A DNA stretch of 64,000 nt, from positions 244,246 to 308,245 of the IMG/VR virus record IMGVR_UViG_3300028887_000067. The stretch is one strand, 5' to 3'. This document shows positions 1-8,866 of this stretch, one piece after another. Made by a program: the position numbers and the translations under genes. The notes beneath the pieces are model-generated. The model was not told where the DNA came from, did not search any database, and worked only from the letters and a program-made list of their open reading frames with translations. The first letter of the stretch is position 1. Every line of letters starts with the position of its first letter. This stretch comes from a virus (lineage: Duplodnaviria; Caudoviricetes).

Positions 1-449
1 ACAAGCTGATCAACCTAGAAAGACATTTCGACATTAAACGGGGAAGGAAAACAAGCAGGATGCTTACCGCCTTCTCCAACCCACAAATACGCAATGCGTT
101 GTACATGCGGACAACCGAAGAGTTGGGCGTCCCACTCCAGGAAGTCGATAACGTATGCAATTCGTTGCGGTGTCCAATGGACGGCTGGGTGCATGTAAAG
201 AACAGACCTAAGAAAGGAGTCGTATTCCGCTGCTGCAAATGCGGATACATCGACGATGCGGACAAGGTAGGTGCAATCAACGCCAACCTCCATGCAAATG
301 GTCTGCCCGACTGCAGTCACGCACTCGTATTCACGTGGAAGCTGCATAAGAAGTTCGGATTCTTCTGGACTAATGAAGGCTTCTTCGATGAAAAAGGAAA
401 TCCTATTTCCGTGGTCGGGAGTTCACAGTCCCCGACAGGCCTAAAATAA
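1..449 (+). CDS. tnpB: TnpB/Cas12f-like RNA-guided nuclease, C-terminal part (5' truncated by window edge)
   Basis: Frame open from position 3; INLE (RuvC-II-like), CPMDG...CCKCG zinc ribbon followed by DADKVGAIN (RuvC-III pattern). Confidence 0.75.
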   Translation, partial: KLINLERHFDIKRGRKTSRMLTAFSNPQIRNALYMRTTEELGVPLQEVDNVCNSLRCPMDGWVHVKNRPKKGVVFRCCKCGYIDDADKVGAINANLHANGLPDCSHALVFTWKLHKKFGFFWTNEGFFDEKGNPISVVGSSQSPTGLK

Positions 450-583
450 CTAGAAGCATTTTATATGATTTCTAGTAACTGTAATATATTGCTTTTTTTG
501 CCTTCCGGCCACCCGTTAGACAGGGTATTTTTAGCGAAATATGCAATATATTGCTGTTTTCGGCGAATATTTTAGCTGCATAA

Positions 584-1042
584 CTATCTTGCTTCCGGCC
601 AGAGCGTCCGTATGGCGGTCAACGTCTTGTTGAACGTCTCTATCTTGTCGTCGCCGGTAACGTCGACCATGGCGAGCTTGTTCTCCGTCATTCCGAACTG
701 GTCCATCTGTTTGAACGTCTCAAGATACAGGCCGTTGTACTTCGGCGCGTCGAGGTCGAAATCCGATATCGGCTTCTCCCGTGTTCGGATCCGGCGCATC
801 AGTTCCTCACTATCCGTGTTGACCATAAAGATGACGATTACGTCGTTGTTCTTCAGGTATTCACGGATATTGTTCGTGCGGGTGACCATGTTGATATCGA
901 ACATCATATTCGCCGATATCGTGTCGCGGTCGCGATCCTTGATTTTCACCGGAATGTAATGGCTTTGAAAATACTCGTCCAATGCCTTTATGACGGTGCT
1001 CTTGCCGACTCCGTCAGTACCTTCTATCACTATCGTCTTCAT
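584..1042 (-). CDS. P-loop nucleoside/nucleotide monophosphate kinase (thymidylate-kinase/NadR-kinase-like)
   Basis: N-terminal IVIEGTDGVGKST Walker A; last gene of an overlapping-stop/start operon with pnuC. Confidence 0.7.
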   Translation of the reverse strand: MKTIVIEGTDGVGKSTVIKALDEYFQSHYIPVKIKDRDRDTISANMMFDINMVTRTNNIREYLKNNDVIVIFMVNTDSEELMRRIRTREKPISDFDLDAPKYNGLYLETFKQMDQFGMTENKLAMVDVTGDDKIETFNKTLTAIRTLWPEAR

Positions 1043-1590
1043 ATCTTAGCCTCCTTGTTCCACTTCACCAGCGTGGCTACGGCGAGCGCAGTCCACACTA
1101 TATACAGGCCCAACAAGTACAGAGCCTGGTTCGGGAGCATCCAGAATTCCACGACGTAAGCAATGTCGTTCACGAGCCACACGACCCACGCTTCGACCTT
1201 CCGGAGCGCCATGAGCCAGAGAGCGACGAACGTGGTCACCGTTGTGAATGCGTCGATGAACGGCAACGGGTCGTCTGTGTTGCGCAGGATGACGCTCGCC
1301 ACGGCAACCGCCAATACAGTGAGGACTATTACGGCCGTTGCCTGAATCGCGGTACAGTACCTGATGGCCGACTCGGCGCGTCCCCACTGCCACCACGCGT
1401 ATGCGCATATGCCTACCATTATGCCGTTCTGTACCAGGTCGCCGTACAGGCTGTTCATATACGAGAACGCGATCAGGGCGACAAGCTGGACGATGTAGAC
1501 TATCCAGTTGCACCTCTTGTTCATGAGAACGAGGATTCCCTGGGCAAGCCCGAGTGCCGTAGCCAATATTTCGACCTGTGCCGATGTCAT
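1039..1590 (-). CDS. pnuC: PnuC-family nicotinamide riboside/nucleoside transporter
   Basis: Multi-TM hydrophobic protein with PnuC hallmarks (LYGD, WWQW, PFIDAFTT, EAWVVWLVND). Confidence 0.85.
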   Translation of the reverse strand: MTSAQVEILATALGLAQGILVLMNKRCNWIVYIVQLVALIAFSYMNSLYGDLVQNGIMVGICAYAWWQWGRAESAIRYCTAIQATAVIVLTVLAVAVASVILRNTDDPLPFIDAFTTVTTFVALWLMALRKVEAWVVWLVNDIAYVVEFWMLPNQALYLLGLYIVWTALAVATLVKWNKEAKI

Positions 1591-2135
1591 CTTGCGACTC
1601 CCCTGCTTAATCTATGCAGCTCGTCCAGGCACGCGTCTCGGGCGGCTGTCGCCGACTCGAACTCGTGGAACCTGATTTGCGGGTTGATTGCCTTCGCCTG
1701 TAGGAACGGGTACCAATAAGGATGGTGGATCTGGCCGTCTAGGCCGACCGCAGTCGAGTCTACCTCTGTTTTCCTAATGGACTTTACGTAGTACACGTCG
1801 ATATGTTTCAGCTCCGTCGCGGCGAACACGAGCTCGGCGAGCGTACCCGGCGCGTCCACGCCGTCGGGGAAGACGAGGAATACGTGGGTGGCATCCTTGA
1901 TGGCTTCTATCTCGGCCTCGACCACGTCGGACGGGCCTAAGCCACGCTTGTAGTAATAGAACGGACCGACGTAGTCAACCTCGCCGATGGCGACCGACGG
2001 ACCCTTTTGCTCGATGAACGGGTCGCCGACGAACGAGTACCTGAAATCCTTCTTGATGTTTTCCTCGGAAAACTCGGCGTACTTGAATGAGAACGGTCCG
2101 CCTATGTAGACCCTAGGCCTGTTGTTGCTGTTCAT
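1587..2135 (-). CDS. Nucleoside 2-deoxyribosyltransferase / Rcl-like N-glycosidase
   Basis: VYIGGPF N-terminal motif and DAPGTLAELVFA (GT.xE) motif. Confidence 0.7.
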   Translation of the reverse strand: MNSNNRPRVYIGGPFSFKYAEFSEENIKKDFRYSFVGDPFIEQKGPSVAIGEVDYVGPFYYYKRGLGPSDVVEAEIEAIKDATHVFLVFPDGVDAPGTLAELVFAATELKHIDVYYVKSIRKTEVDSTAVGLDGQIHHPYWYPFLQAKAINPQIRFHEFESATAARDACLDELHRLSRGVAR

Positions 2136-2490
2136 GGTATAGTCCTAACATTTTGAGTGTTGCTTCCATATCGACGTCCGGATAATACTTCTTCCAGGTG
2201 TCGTATGCGTCGAGCGGCTTATCCGGCTTTGTAAATCGGGCGCACTCCCAGTCGAGTGCTGCCTGCACCTTGTCCTTGATGTCGCCGGTGCTCCTGTGAT
2301 AATGGTGGTTTGACCATGCCCGGTGAAGAACCTGTGTCAGGCGCTTGCCGAACAAGATATACATCGGGACCTTGTCGAGGTCGTGAAACGGGAACGAGAA
2401 CCCCTTTTCCTTTGCGAGCTTCTGCAACGCCCTATGATGGTCGAGCGTGTACTTGATTAGCGCGATACGGGACTTCAATGTCTTAATCAT
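2113..2490 (-). CDS. HD-like putative metal-binding protein (DUF5662-like)
   Basis: H..HDLDK, HRAWSNHH, DWE motifs. Confidence 0.5.
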   Translation of the reverse strand: MIKTLKSRIALIKYTLDHHRALQKLAKEKGFSFPFHDLDKVPMYILFGKRLTQVLHRAWSNHHYHRSTGDIKDKVQAALDWECARFTKPDKPLDAYDTWKKYYPDVDMEATLKMLGLYHEQQQQA

Positions 2491-2495
2491 AGCCC

Positions 2496-2537
2496 AAATA
2501 TAGCAATTTGCTGTTTAAACCGATTGATGCTATATTT
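2496..2537. promoter_or_regulatory. Divergent pair of TGCTATATTT extended -10 promoters
   Basis: AAATATAGCA at 2496-2505 (minus) and TGCTATATTT at 2528-2537 (plus) between divergent genes. Confidence 0.7.
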
Positions 2538-2577
2538 AGGCGTGCATTCTTAAACAACCATTATCAATGGAGCTTTT

Positions 2578-3090
2578 ATGTCCGCTTTTGAAACCAAAGG
2601 AATCCTCGTGTCCAAGCAGGACGCCGTAATCAAGGAAACCCGCGTAACCAAGCTGAAATTCAAGATAACCTCTCCGGGATCGGTACGATCCTTCGCCCGT
2701 GCCCTGCAGACCGAATGCAAGGTCGACGGCGTCATCTCGGCGACCGATTCCACCAGCGGAAACTGGTCCTACAAGGTCAACACTAAGGAATACTGCATCT
2801 ACCTCAAGTTCTGCTTCGGTACCGAACTGGAGAACATCACCGAGTTTGACGGCCAGCTCGTCGGCGCGTCATTCTCCCATTCCATGAAGGAAGTCAAGGA
2901 AGAGCTCGTCGAGAAGTCGTCCTGCACCATAGAGATCCTGAAGGAGCGAGACACCGACGCCGACTTCAAGCTTGGCGAATACATCAAACGAACCATCACC
3001 GACGAGAAGACCAACAAGAAGATACTTGTCACGATGGTACTTTCTGCCGACCCGATTCCACAAAACCCGATTATAGGCACGGAAATCTAA
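2578..3090 (+). CDS. hypothetical protein
   Basis: 170 aa ORF, GGAG RBS, downstream of promoter motif. Confidence 0.75.
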   Translation: MSAFETKGILVSKQDAVIKETRVTKLKFKITSPGSVRSFARALQTECKVDGVISATDSTSGNWSYKVNTKEYCIYLKFCFGTELENITEFDGQLVGASFSHSMKEVKEELVEKSSCTIEILKERDTDADFKLGEYIKRTITDEKTNKKILVTMVLSADPIPQNPIIGTEI

Positions 3091-3091
3091 A

Positions 3092-3967
3092 ATGCAAAAA
3101 TTCCTGATATCTTCCGACATAGGCGGTGCAAGCCTTACCAAGGGCGCCCTAGAGTATATTCTCGACCATAATGGCGAAGCCGGCACTGACAACAAGTATT
3201 CGGAATCCAACGGATGCGTGTATAGGGAGTATACCCTTGGGTATACCGGCGCTCGGGAAACATGGCCCAGCCCGCTGTATACGGAATGGTATCAGCTCTA
3301 CAAGGAGCAGACCCCGACCGAATCAGTCCGTCCGTTCAACGAAATTCCACTCGACGCATCGGTCCAACTGCCCACAAGCAACTGCCTGAGAAACTTGTTG
3401 CCGCAGGGAATGACGCAATCCGTGTATGACGCGTACGTCCCGAGCGAATATTTCAGTGAGCTTGACCGGCTCAACGGTGGATGCCGTCTCCGCATCGTCA
3501 CCGTGCCGGAAGGCGCCGACGTGTATATTGTCTCCGATGACGACATGGGATGCGAGCGGGTCGAGGAATTTCACCGTTCTTGGTCTGTACAGCCTGACGA
3601 CGAAATCGCTTTTGTTGAAACGGTAAAGAGACTTTCGTCAGTTTTTGAACATGACCCGATCAAACCGAATCAAGTAGTGGACACCGATGAAATCCAGTTC
3701 GTTCACCGTGGCTGTAAAGGCGACGGCGTCCTCTTCGTGCATAATGGACGCGAGGGCATCGCCGTGTCCAAGAAAACGGGCAAGGTTGCTTTGCTCGTGC
3801 TCGCCGAATATTTCTGTGAGACGGACATACACCCGAAAAGTTGGTTCGAAATTGTCGGCGCGGAAAAGGATCACATCACGTCACAGTACGGAATGCTGTT
3901 CAAAATGAAAGAGATGAAATCATATATGGACTTGTGGACGCTACTCCAGCAACGGCTGAACAAATAG
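3092..3967 (+). CDS. hypothetical protein
   Basis: 291 aa ORF tightly packed in operon. Confidence 0.75.
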   Translation: MQKFLISSDIGGASLTKGALEYILDHNGEAGTDNKYSESNGCVYREYTLGYTGARETWPSPLYTEWYQLYKEQTPTESVRPFNEIPLDASVQLPTSNCLRNLLPQGMTQSVYDAYVPSEYFSELDRLNGGCRLRIVTVPEGADVYIVSDDDMGCERVEEFHRSWSVQPDDEIAFVETVKRLSSVFEHDPIKPNQVVDTDEIQFVHRGCKGDGVLFVHNGREGIAVSKKTGKVALLVLAEYFCETDIHPKSWFEIVGAEKDHITSQYGMLFKMKEMKSYMDLWTLLQQRLNK

Positions 3968-3973
3968 GAGGTT

Positions 3974-4378
3974 ATGGTGCCAGCAAATATGGAAAAATCG
4001 CTACCTGTTGTACAATCGTCGACAGCTGAGCGGGAAGCTAACATCATCAACTATTGTATAAAGTTGCAGAAAAAGATCAAGTATTGCGACACCGCTATGG
4101 CTGTATTGCATGCCTTGATTGTAGTCGACGCGGTGTCGTTATTTTTCTCAATGCTAATATACGCAAGCGCGGATGCCGCTTTGGCCGGCGTTATTTTTGT
4201 GGTATCTCTCAGCCTCGCGCCATTGTTGATACTGGGCATCATTTTCTGTCCTACTCCGAATCCATACGGAACCCAGCTCATGGTAGCGGCAAACAAGTTG
4301 CCGAACAACACGGATGCAATGATGCACTTGAAACGCCGACTCATCGACGAAGCCGAAGACGCCATAAAATGGCATTAA
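3974..4378 (+). CDS. hypothetical membrane protein (2 TM)
   Basis: GGAGG RBS; two hydrophobic segments. Confidence 0.65.
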   Translation: MVPANMEKSLPVVQSSTAEREANIINYCIKLQKKIKYCDTAMAVLHALIVVDAVSLFFSMLIYASADAALAGVIFVVSLSLAPLLILGIIFCPTPNPYGTQLMVAANKLPNNTDAMMHLKRRLIDEAEDAIKWH

Positions 4379-5025
4379 TCGTCCCAGAACTTCTCGATCG
4401 TTCCGACCAGTGCGTATTTACGCAACGCGCTTATGCAGGAATGGTATGACGAGTAGTGGTTCTGCACATTGAGAGCAATGTCCTTCAATGTCGCTCCCGG
4501 ATTCGCCTGCACGTATTCCTTGGCGCGTGCGATGAAACGCGAGAACGAAGTTGACCTGGAGCCGGCCTGTGTGCCGGCTTCAAGCTTTTTGTCCATGTGC
4601 CTGAGTTCGGGAAGCCAGAAATCGAGGTCGCCCGGCAATGGTTCGGCTTTCAGGGCGATTCTTGCGAACCTCTGGGGCGTGTCGTCGAGTATTCCCTGGT
4701 ATTCGCCAACCATTATATAGCCAATCCCCAGTGCGCGGAGCACCTGTCTGGCATCGTTGTTCAGCGTACAAGGACAGGCGACATACACACGTGTGGCTGT
4801 ATCGAGCCACCTGGTCGCTTGCGCAATGACCTTGATGTTCAGCTGTTTCTTGAGCTCGATAGCGATCACCTCGCCGTCGTTGAAGTATACCAGGTCGCAC
4901 GAACCCGATCCGCCGATGCCTACTTCCTCGGCCATCTCCATGCCCTTGAAAAGGTTGGCGTCCTTTATGGCGCGTCCTACCTCTACCTCGCTAATGTCGA
5001 ACTTGAATTGCTTGCGTCGTCTCAT
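4375..5025 (-). CDS. PD-(D/E)XK nuclease-family protein
   Basis: EEV...CDLV...IAIELK...Q motif arrangement. Confidence 0.65.
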   Translation of the reverse strand: MRRRKQFKFDISEVEVGRAIKDANLFKGMEMAEEVGIGGSGSCDLVYFNDGEVIAIELKKQLNIKVIAQATRWLDTATRVYVACPCTLNNDARQVLRALGIGYIMVGEYQGILDDTPQRFARIALKAEPLPGDLDFWLPELRHMDKKLEAGTQAGSRSTSFSRFIARAKEYVQANPGATLKDIALNVQNHYSSYHSCISALRKYALVGTIEKFWDD

Positions 5026-5216
5026 GCCGAAAATATAGCTAAATGTCCATAAAAAGCGAAATCCATCGCGTTTGCGATGGATTGCCCCTTGTGCTTCTCT
5101 TTCCTCGTGTACTTCGATTTTAGCTGTACCACCCTTGTTCGAAGGGTGGCGCCGTTGCTGGTTCCGGCAACCCTCGCCATGCGCTGTCGCGCCGTTTCGG
5201 TAGCTTTCGTCTTCAT
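5022..5216 (-). CDS. small basic protein, candidate ArfA/BrfA-like ribosome rescue factor
   Basis: GAGG RBS; LRTRVVQLKSKYTRKEKHKG basic motif followed by in-gene hairpin and hydrophobic tail. Confidence 0.5.
   Translation of the reverse strand: MKTKATETARQRMARVAGTSNGATLRTRVVQLKSKYTRKEKHKGQSIANAMDFAFYGHLAIFSA
5051..5083 (-). terminator. Intragenic hairpin/terminator inside the ArfA-like ORF
   Basis: 10-bp stem AATCCATCGC-AAAC-GCGATGGATT then TCGCTTTTT on minus strand. Confidence 0.6.
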
Positions 5217-5282
5217 ATTGCTTTCCTCGCGTTGATACAAGTTTAGCAATTTGCTATATTTCGGTCAACCAAAGAGGATCCG

Positions 5283-5765
5283 ATGGACACGAAAGACACA
5301 CTCAAGCTCAGCAACCTGTATAACGCTAAAAACCTGACTACCTTGGTCGGCGACCAACTCAAGGCGCTGAAGACGTACGACCCGCGCAAGTTCGCCCAGG
5401 TAATCGAGAACCAGCTGTGCCTGAACAGCGGAAACATGCCGAAGGCGTTCAAGGACGTGCTCAAGTTCAACGTACCCATACTGCAGTCCGAGCTGAAGCC
5501 TTACGTGTATGAAGATAAGTTCGGCCGTGGCACCGTGCCGACTGACACTTATTTCGTCAAGAGCTGTGGAAAGGTCAGCGCGATTATCAAGATCATCGGC
5601 GGGGAGACCGGCATCGGGACGGTCAGCCCGTCGAAAATACCCGATGACGTGTACGTGTATACGGTCGGGGAAATCAGCGAGAAGGTGGTCGCCACCATCA
5701 AGCTGTTCACCGACGAGATCGAACGTCTCCGCGCCGAGGAACGGGTGAAGAAGGAACAGGATTGA
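5283..5765 (+). CDS. hypothetical protein
   Basis: 160 aa, GAGG RBS, TGCTATATTT at 5252-5261. Confidence 0.75.
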   Translation: MDTKDTLKLSNLYNAKNLTTLVGDQLKALKTYDPRKFAQVIENQLCLNSGNMPKAFKDVLKFNVPILQSELKPYVYEDKFGRGTVPTDTYFVKSCGKVSAIIKIIGGETGIGTVSPSKIPDDVYVYTVGEISEKVVATIKLFTDEIERLRAEERVKKEQD

Positions 5766-6250
5766 TGAGAACCATCGGCTTGTGCGCACTTGCGGCCGTG
5801 CTCGTTGCCATTTCGGTGAAGAACGCATTCCGCGACTTCGTCCGCAAGTGCAACGGCATGATTCGTCTGGTGGCGTGCGCCGGCGGGTCCTATATGTTGT
5901 TAAGGTGCGTCGTGTTTCACGCCGACCCCTATCACTCGGCGATCGTATATGTCGCGTTGAGCGAGACGGAATGTAAATCTGTGATACAGGATATGTGTGA
6001 CAAGTACCCGAAGGTATTCGAATATGATGACATACTCGGCATTAAACGGTCCCGGCTCAAGACAAGCGGGTTTTTTATCTCGCCGAATGCGAAATTGAAG
6101 CAGACGATTCCTGATTGGGACGACTTCAGACATTTCCTAAAAAGCCTCAACAATGTCCCACCCTTCTGGCGCAATCCCGTGCCTGTAGACGACATTATCA
6201 GTGATTTCAAGTCACGATGGAAACAAACTATTATAAAATATGGAACATAA
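5765..6250 (+). CDS. hypothetical protein with N-terminal signal/TM
   Basis: TGATG overlap with upstream gene. Confidence 0.6.
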   Translation: MRTIGLCALAAVLVAISVKNAFRDFVRKCNGMIRLVACAGGSYMLLRCVVFHADPYHSAIVYVALSETECKSVIQDMCDKYPKVFEYDDILGIKRSRLKTSGFFISPNAKLKQTIPDWDDFRHFLKSLNNVPPFWRNPVPVDDIISDFKSRWKQTIIKYGT

Positions 6251-6259
6251 GGAGATCAT

Positions 6260-7651
6260 ATGACAAAGCGCATATCAGAATCCGTAATCGCCAAGGCGAG
6301 ACGTACGATTGGGCACCGCTCGGGCCGCGCCACTTCGGTGAGCCCGCGCCTTCCTAAGCAGTACAAGAAGAAGAACCCGAGCAAGTGGATAATCCACCAC
6401 TTGACCCAGACGGACCTGTACAAGTATTCAATGGGCCAGCTATACTTCCACAAGCACCGCAACGTGCAGGCCCGCTGGGAGTTCAAGCTGCGTTCCAAGG
6501 GGGTCCGTCTCGACCACCTTTACGAGGCGATCAACCTCGAGCTCGACCACCTCTGCACGCTTCGCTACACCATGACTGAACTGAACGGGCTCCGCGTAGT
6601 CGGCCCGTGGCTCGCTGAGGACTTCGTCCGTTACCTGAAACTCGTCCAGCTCAACCGCGAGTACATCCATTGCGAATACGACCCCGATGACGAGTGTGGT
6701 CTCAAGATATGGGCCGAGGGACCGCAGATGGACGTGTTCTGGTTTGAGATTTACTGCCTCCAGATTGTCCAGCACCTCTATTTTGATGACCTTGAGATCG
6801 ACTGGGACGCTTCCAAGGCAGCTCTCGACGAAGCTATCCAAAAGTGGAAGGCCGCCGCCGAACGCGGTATCAAGTTCACCATCTCTGACTTCGGTATCCG
6901 TCGCAGCGTCGACGACAATTGGAACGAGTATATGGTGTCCACCATGTTGAAGGAACTCCCCGGCGTATTTGTCGGCACCTCCAACGTTTACCTCGCAATC
7001 AAGCTGGGATGCAAGGCCATCGGAACTTTCGCCCACGAACTCTACCAGGTTTACCAGGGCCTCGACTACATCAACCTCCGCATGTTCCAGGTTGCCGTGT
7101 TCGAGGACTGGATGCACGAGTTCGGCGGTGACCTCGGTATCGCTCTCTCCGACATCGTCGGCTTCAAGGCATTCCTCGCCGACTTCGGTGGCGACGACCC
7201 GCGTGGCAAGCTCTACGCTAAGGTGTTCGACGGATGCCGTCACGATTCCGGCGACCCGTACACGTGGGGAGAGATGCTAATTGCGCATTACCGGAAGTTG
7301 AAGATTCTGCCCGAGACTAAGATCGGCTGCTGGAGCGACTCCCTCAACGTCGACAAGTCCATCGCCATCGCGGAACACTTCAATCTCCGCATCAAGATCG
7401 CTTTCGGAATCGGCCAGTTCCTCTGCGCGAGCCTCTTGAAATTCAAGAACAATACGGACAACCGCAAGCCGCTTTCCATGGTGATGAAGGTCGTCATGAT
7501 CAAGGCGCACGACAAGGCCCCGTGGGTATGGGTCGTCAAGCTGTCCGACTCGGTCGGAAAGACGATGTGCCCCGACCAGGAGCGCATCGACCTGATCAAG
7601 CGTACGTTCAACTACAGTTCGATTGACGACGACCCCCCGAGCTGCCAATAA
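6260..7651 (+). CDS. pncB: Nicotinate phosphoribosyltransferase
   Basis: TDLYKYSM, DFGIRR, GTSNV, GTFAHE (phospho-His), GCRHDSGDP, SDSL, FGIG, KLSD..GK motifs. Confidence 0.93.
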   Translation: MTKRISESVIAKARRTIGHRSGRATSVSPRLPKQYKKKNPSKWIIHHLTQTDLYKYSMGQLYFHKHRNVQARWEFKLRSKGVRLDHLYEAINLELDHLCTLRYTMTELNGLRVVGPWLAEDFVRYLKLVQLNREYIHCEYDPDDECGLKIWAEGPQMDVFWFEIYCLQIVQHLYFDDLEIDWDASKAALDEAIQKWKAAAERGIKFTISDFGIRRSVDDNWNEYMVSTMLKELPGVFVGTSNVYLAIKLGCKAIGTFAHELYQVYQGLDYINLRMFQVAVFEDWMHEFGGDLGIALSDIVGFKAFLADFGGDDPRGKLYAKVFDGCRHDSGDPYTWGEMLIAHYRKLKILPETKIGCWSDSLNVDKSIAIAEHFNLRIKIAFGIGQFLCASLLKFKNNTDNRKPLSMVMKVVMIKAHDKAPWVWVVKLSDSVGKTMCPDQERIDLIKRTFNYSSIDDDPPSCQ

Positions 7652-7708
7652 CTTGTTAACCAAAGAATCCAGTTGCCACGCGACTGGATTCTTTGCTATA
7701 TTTTTCGC

Positions 7709-8836
7709 ATGGCATCCATTACATTTATTTATGGCGGCGCGTTTGACCCGATTACCATCGGTCACGAGAGCATCATCTACAACTTGACGCTTTACATCGA
7801 CTCCATCATCGGAAAAGACAAATTTGATAGTGTCCACCGGATTATCGCCGTGACGGCGAACGACGAGAAGAGCTATCACTTATCGCTGAAGCATCGCATG
7901 GAGATGGTTCAAATCGCCATCCCGGAGGCGCTGGGGTGGAAAGTTGTCGAGCAGGAAACCCGCATGGCGGATTTCGTACGGAACCTGCGCAAAGAACAGC
8001 AGACCCCCGAAGATAGCATACCCGGTCCCTTGTTCGTCATTGCCCTCGGTTACGATGAATGGGAAGACTTGAAACATAACAAGTGGGTCGACTCCGATTT
8101 CCTCTTGCACAATTGCTCGTTCATCGTCGTGGATCGCCCTGATGTGCATAGCAAGTATACCCGTCAAGACGAGACCGGTTACTCGGTCACGCATGTTAAA
8201 TGGGGCGTGCCCTGCGTATCCTCGACACAGGTCAGAAACGATATGCGGAATACTCCGCTGTATGCCGGCAAGGACGTATCCATTCCCGTTTCGATGTACC
8301 TCCGCGGCCACCACCTGCTCGGCCAGACTACGGCGGTCGAGTACGAGGAGATAGAGAACGAAGGAATCAATTCCTATAACCCGAAAGACTTCCCGAAGCC
8401 GTCGGTCACGGCCACCACCCTTATTATGTTTAAGGATCGTGTGCTTCTTGTTCGGAGGAAGAATTTTCCCGACCACGACATGTGGTGCTTTCCGGGAGGC
8501 TTCGCCAACCCGCACGAGAATATCGAGACGGTCGGGGCTCGCGAGGTGTTCGAAGAGACCCAGATTTCCATACCAGAGGACAAAATCATCCAGCTCGGCG
8601 TGTTCACTCCCGACGACCCGCGCATCTGGAAGTTCGAAAAGTTCTGGTCGTACGACGTTGCCCTTTGGGCGGACGTGTCGTTCCATCAAAACACTAACTT
8701 ACTTGAGCCGAGGGCGGCCGACGACGCCAAGGACGCCTGCTGGTTCCCTATAAAGGAAGTCAGGGGCATGCAGTTGGCGTTCCACCACAACAAGATTCTC
8801 GAGAAGTTCTTATCCACACATCCCGGTTACGTTTAA
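7709..8836 (+). CDS. NadD-like nicotinate/nicotinamide-nucleotide adenylyltransferase fused to Nudix (ADP-ribose pyrophosphatase-like) hydrolase
   Basis: GGAFDPITIGH, LGYD..W, VSSTQVR; C-terminal PGGF....E.....AREVFEET Nudix box and AADDA. Confidence 0.85.
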   Translation: MASITFIYGGAFDPITIGHESIIYNLTLYIDSIIGKDKFDSVHRIIAVTANDEKSYHLSLKHRMEMVQIAIPEALGWKVVEQETRMADFVRNLRKEQQTPEDSIPGPLFVIALGYDEWEDLKHNKWVDSDFLLHNCSFIVVDRPDVHSKYTRQDETGYSVTHVKWGVPCVSSTQVRNDMRNTPLYAGKDVSIPVSMYLRGHHLLGQTTAVEYEEIENEGINSYNPKDFPKPSVTATTLIMFKDRVLLVRRKNFPDHDMWCFPGGFANPHENIETVGAREVFEETQISIPEDKIIQLGVFTPDDPRIWKFEKFWSYDVALWADVSFHQNTNLLEPRAADDAKDACWFPIKEVRGMQLAFHHNKILEKFLSTHPGYV

Positions 8837-8866
8837 ACCGGCATACAGCCAAAAGGAAAAACAACC

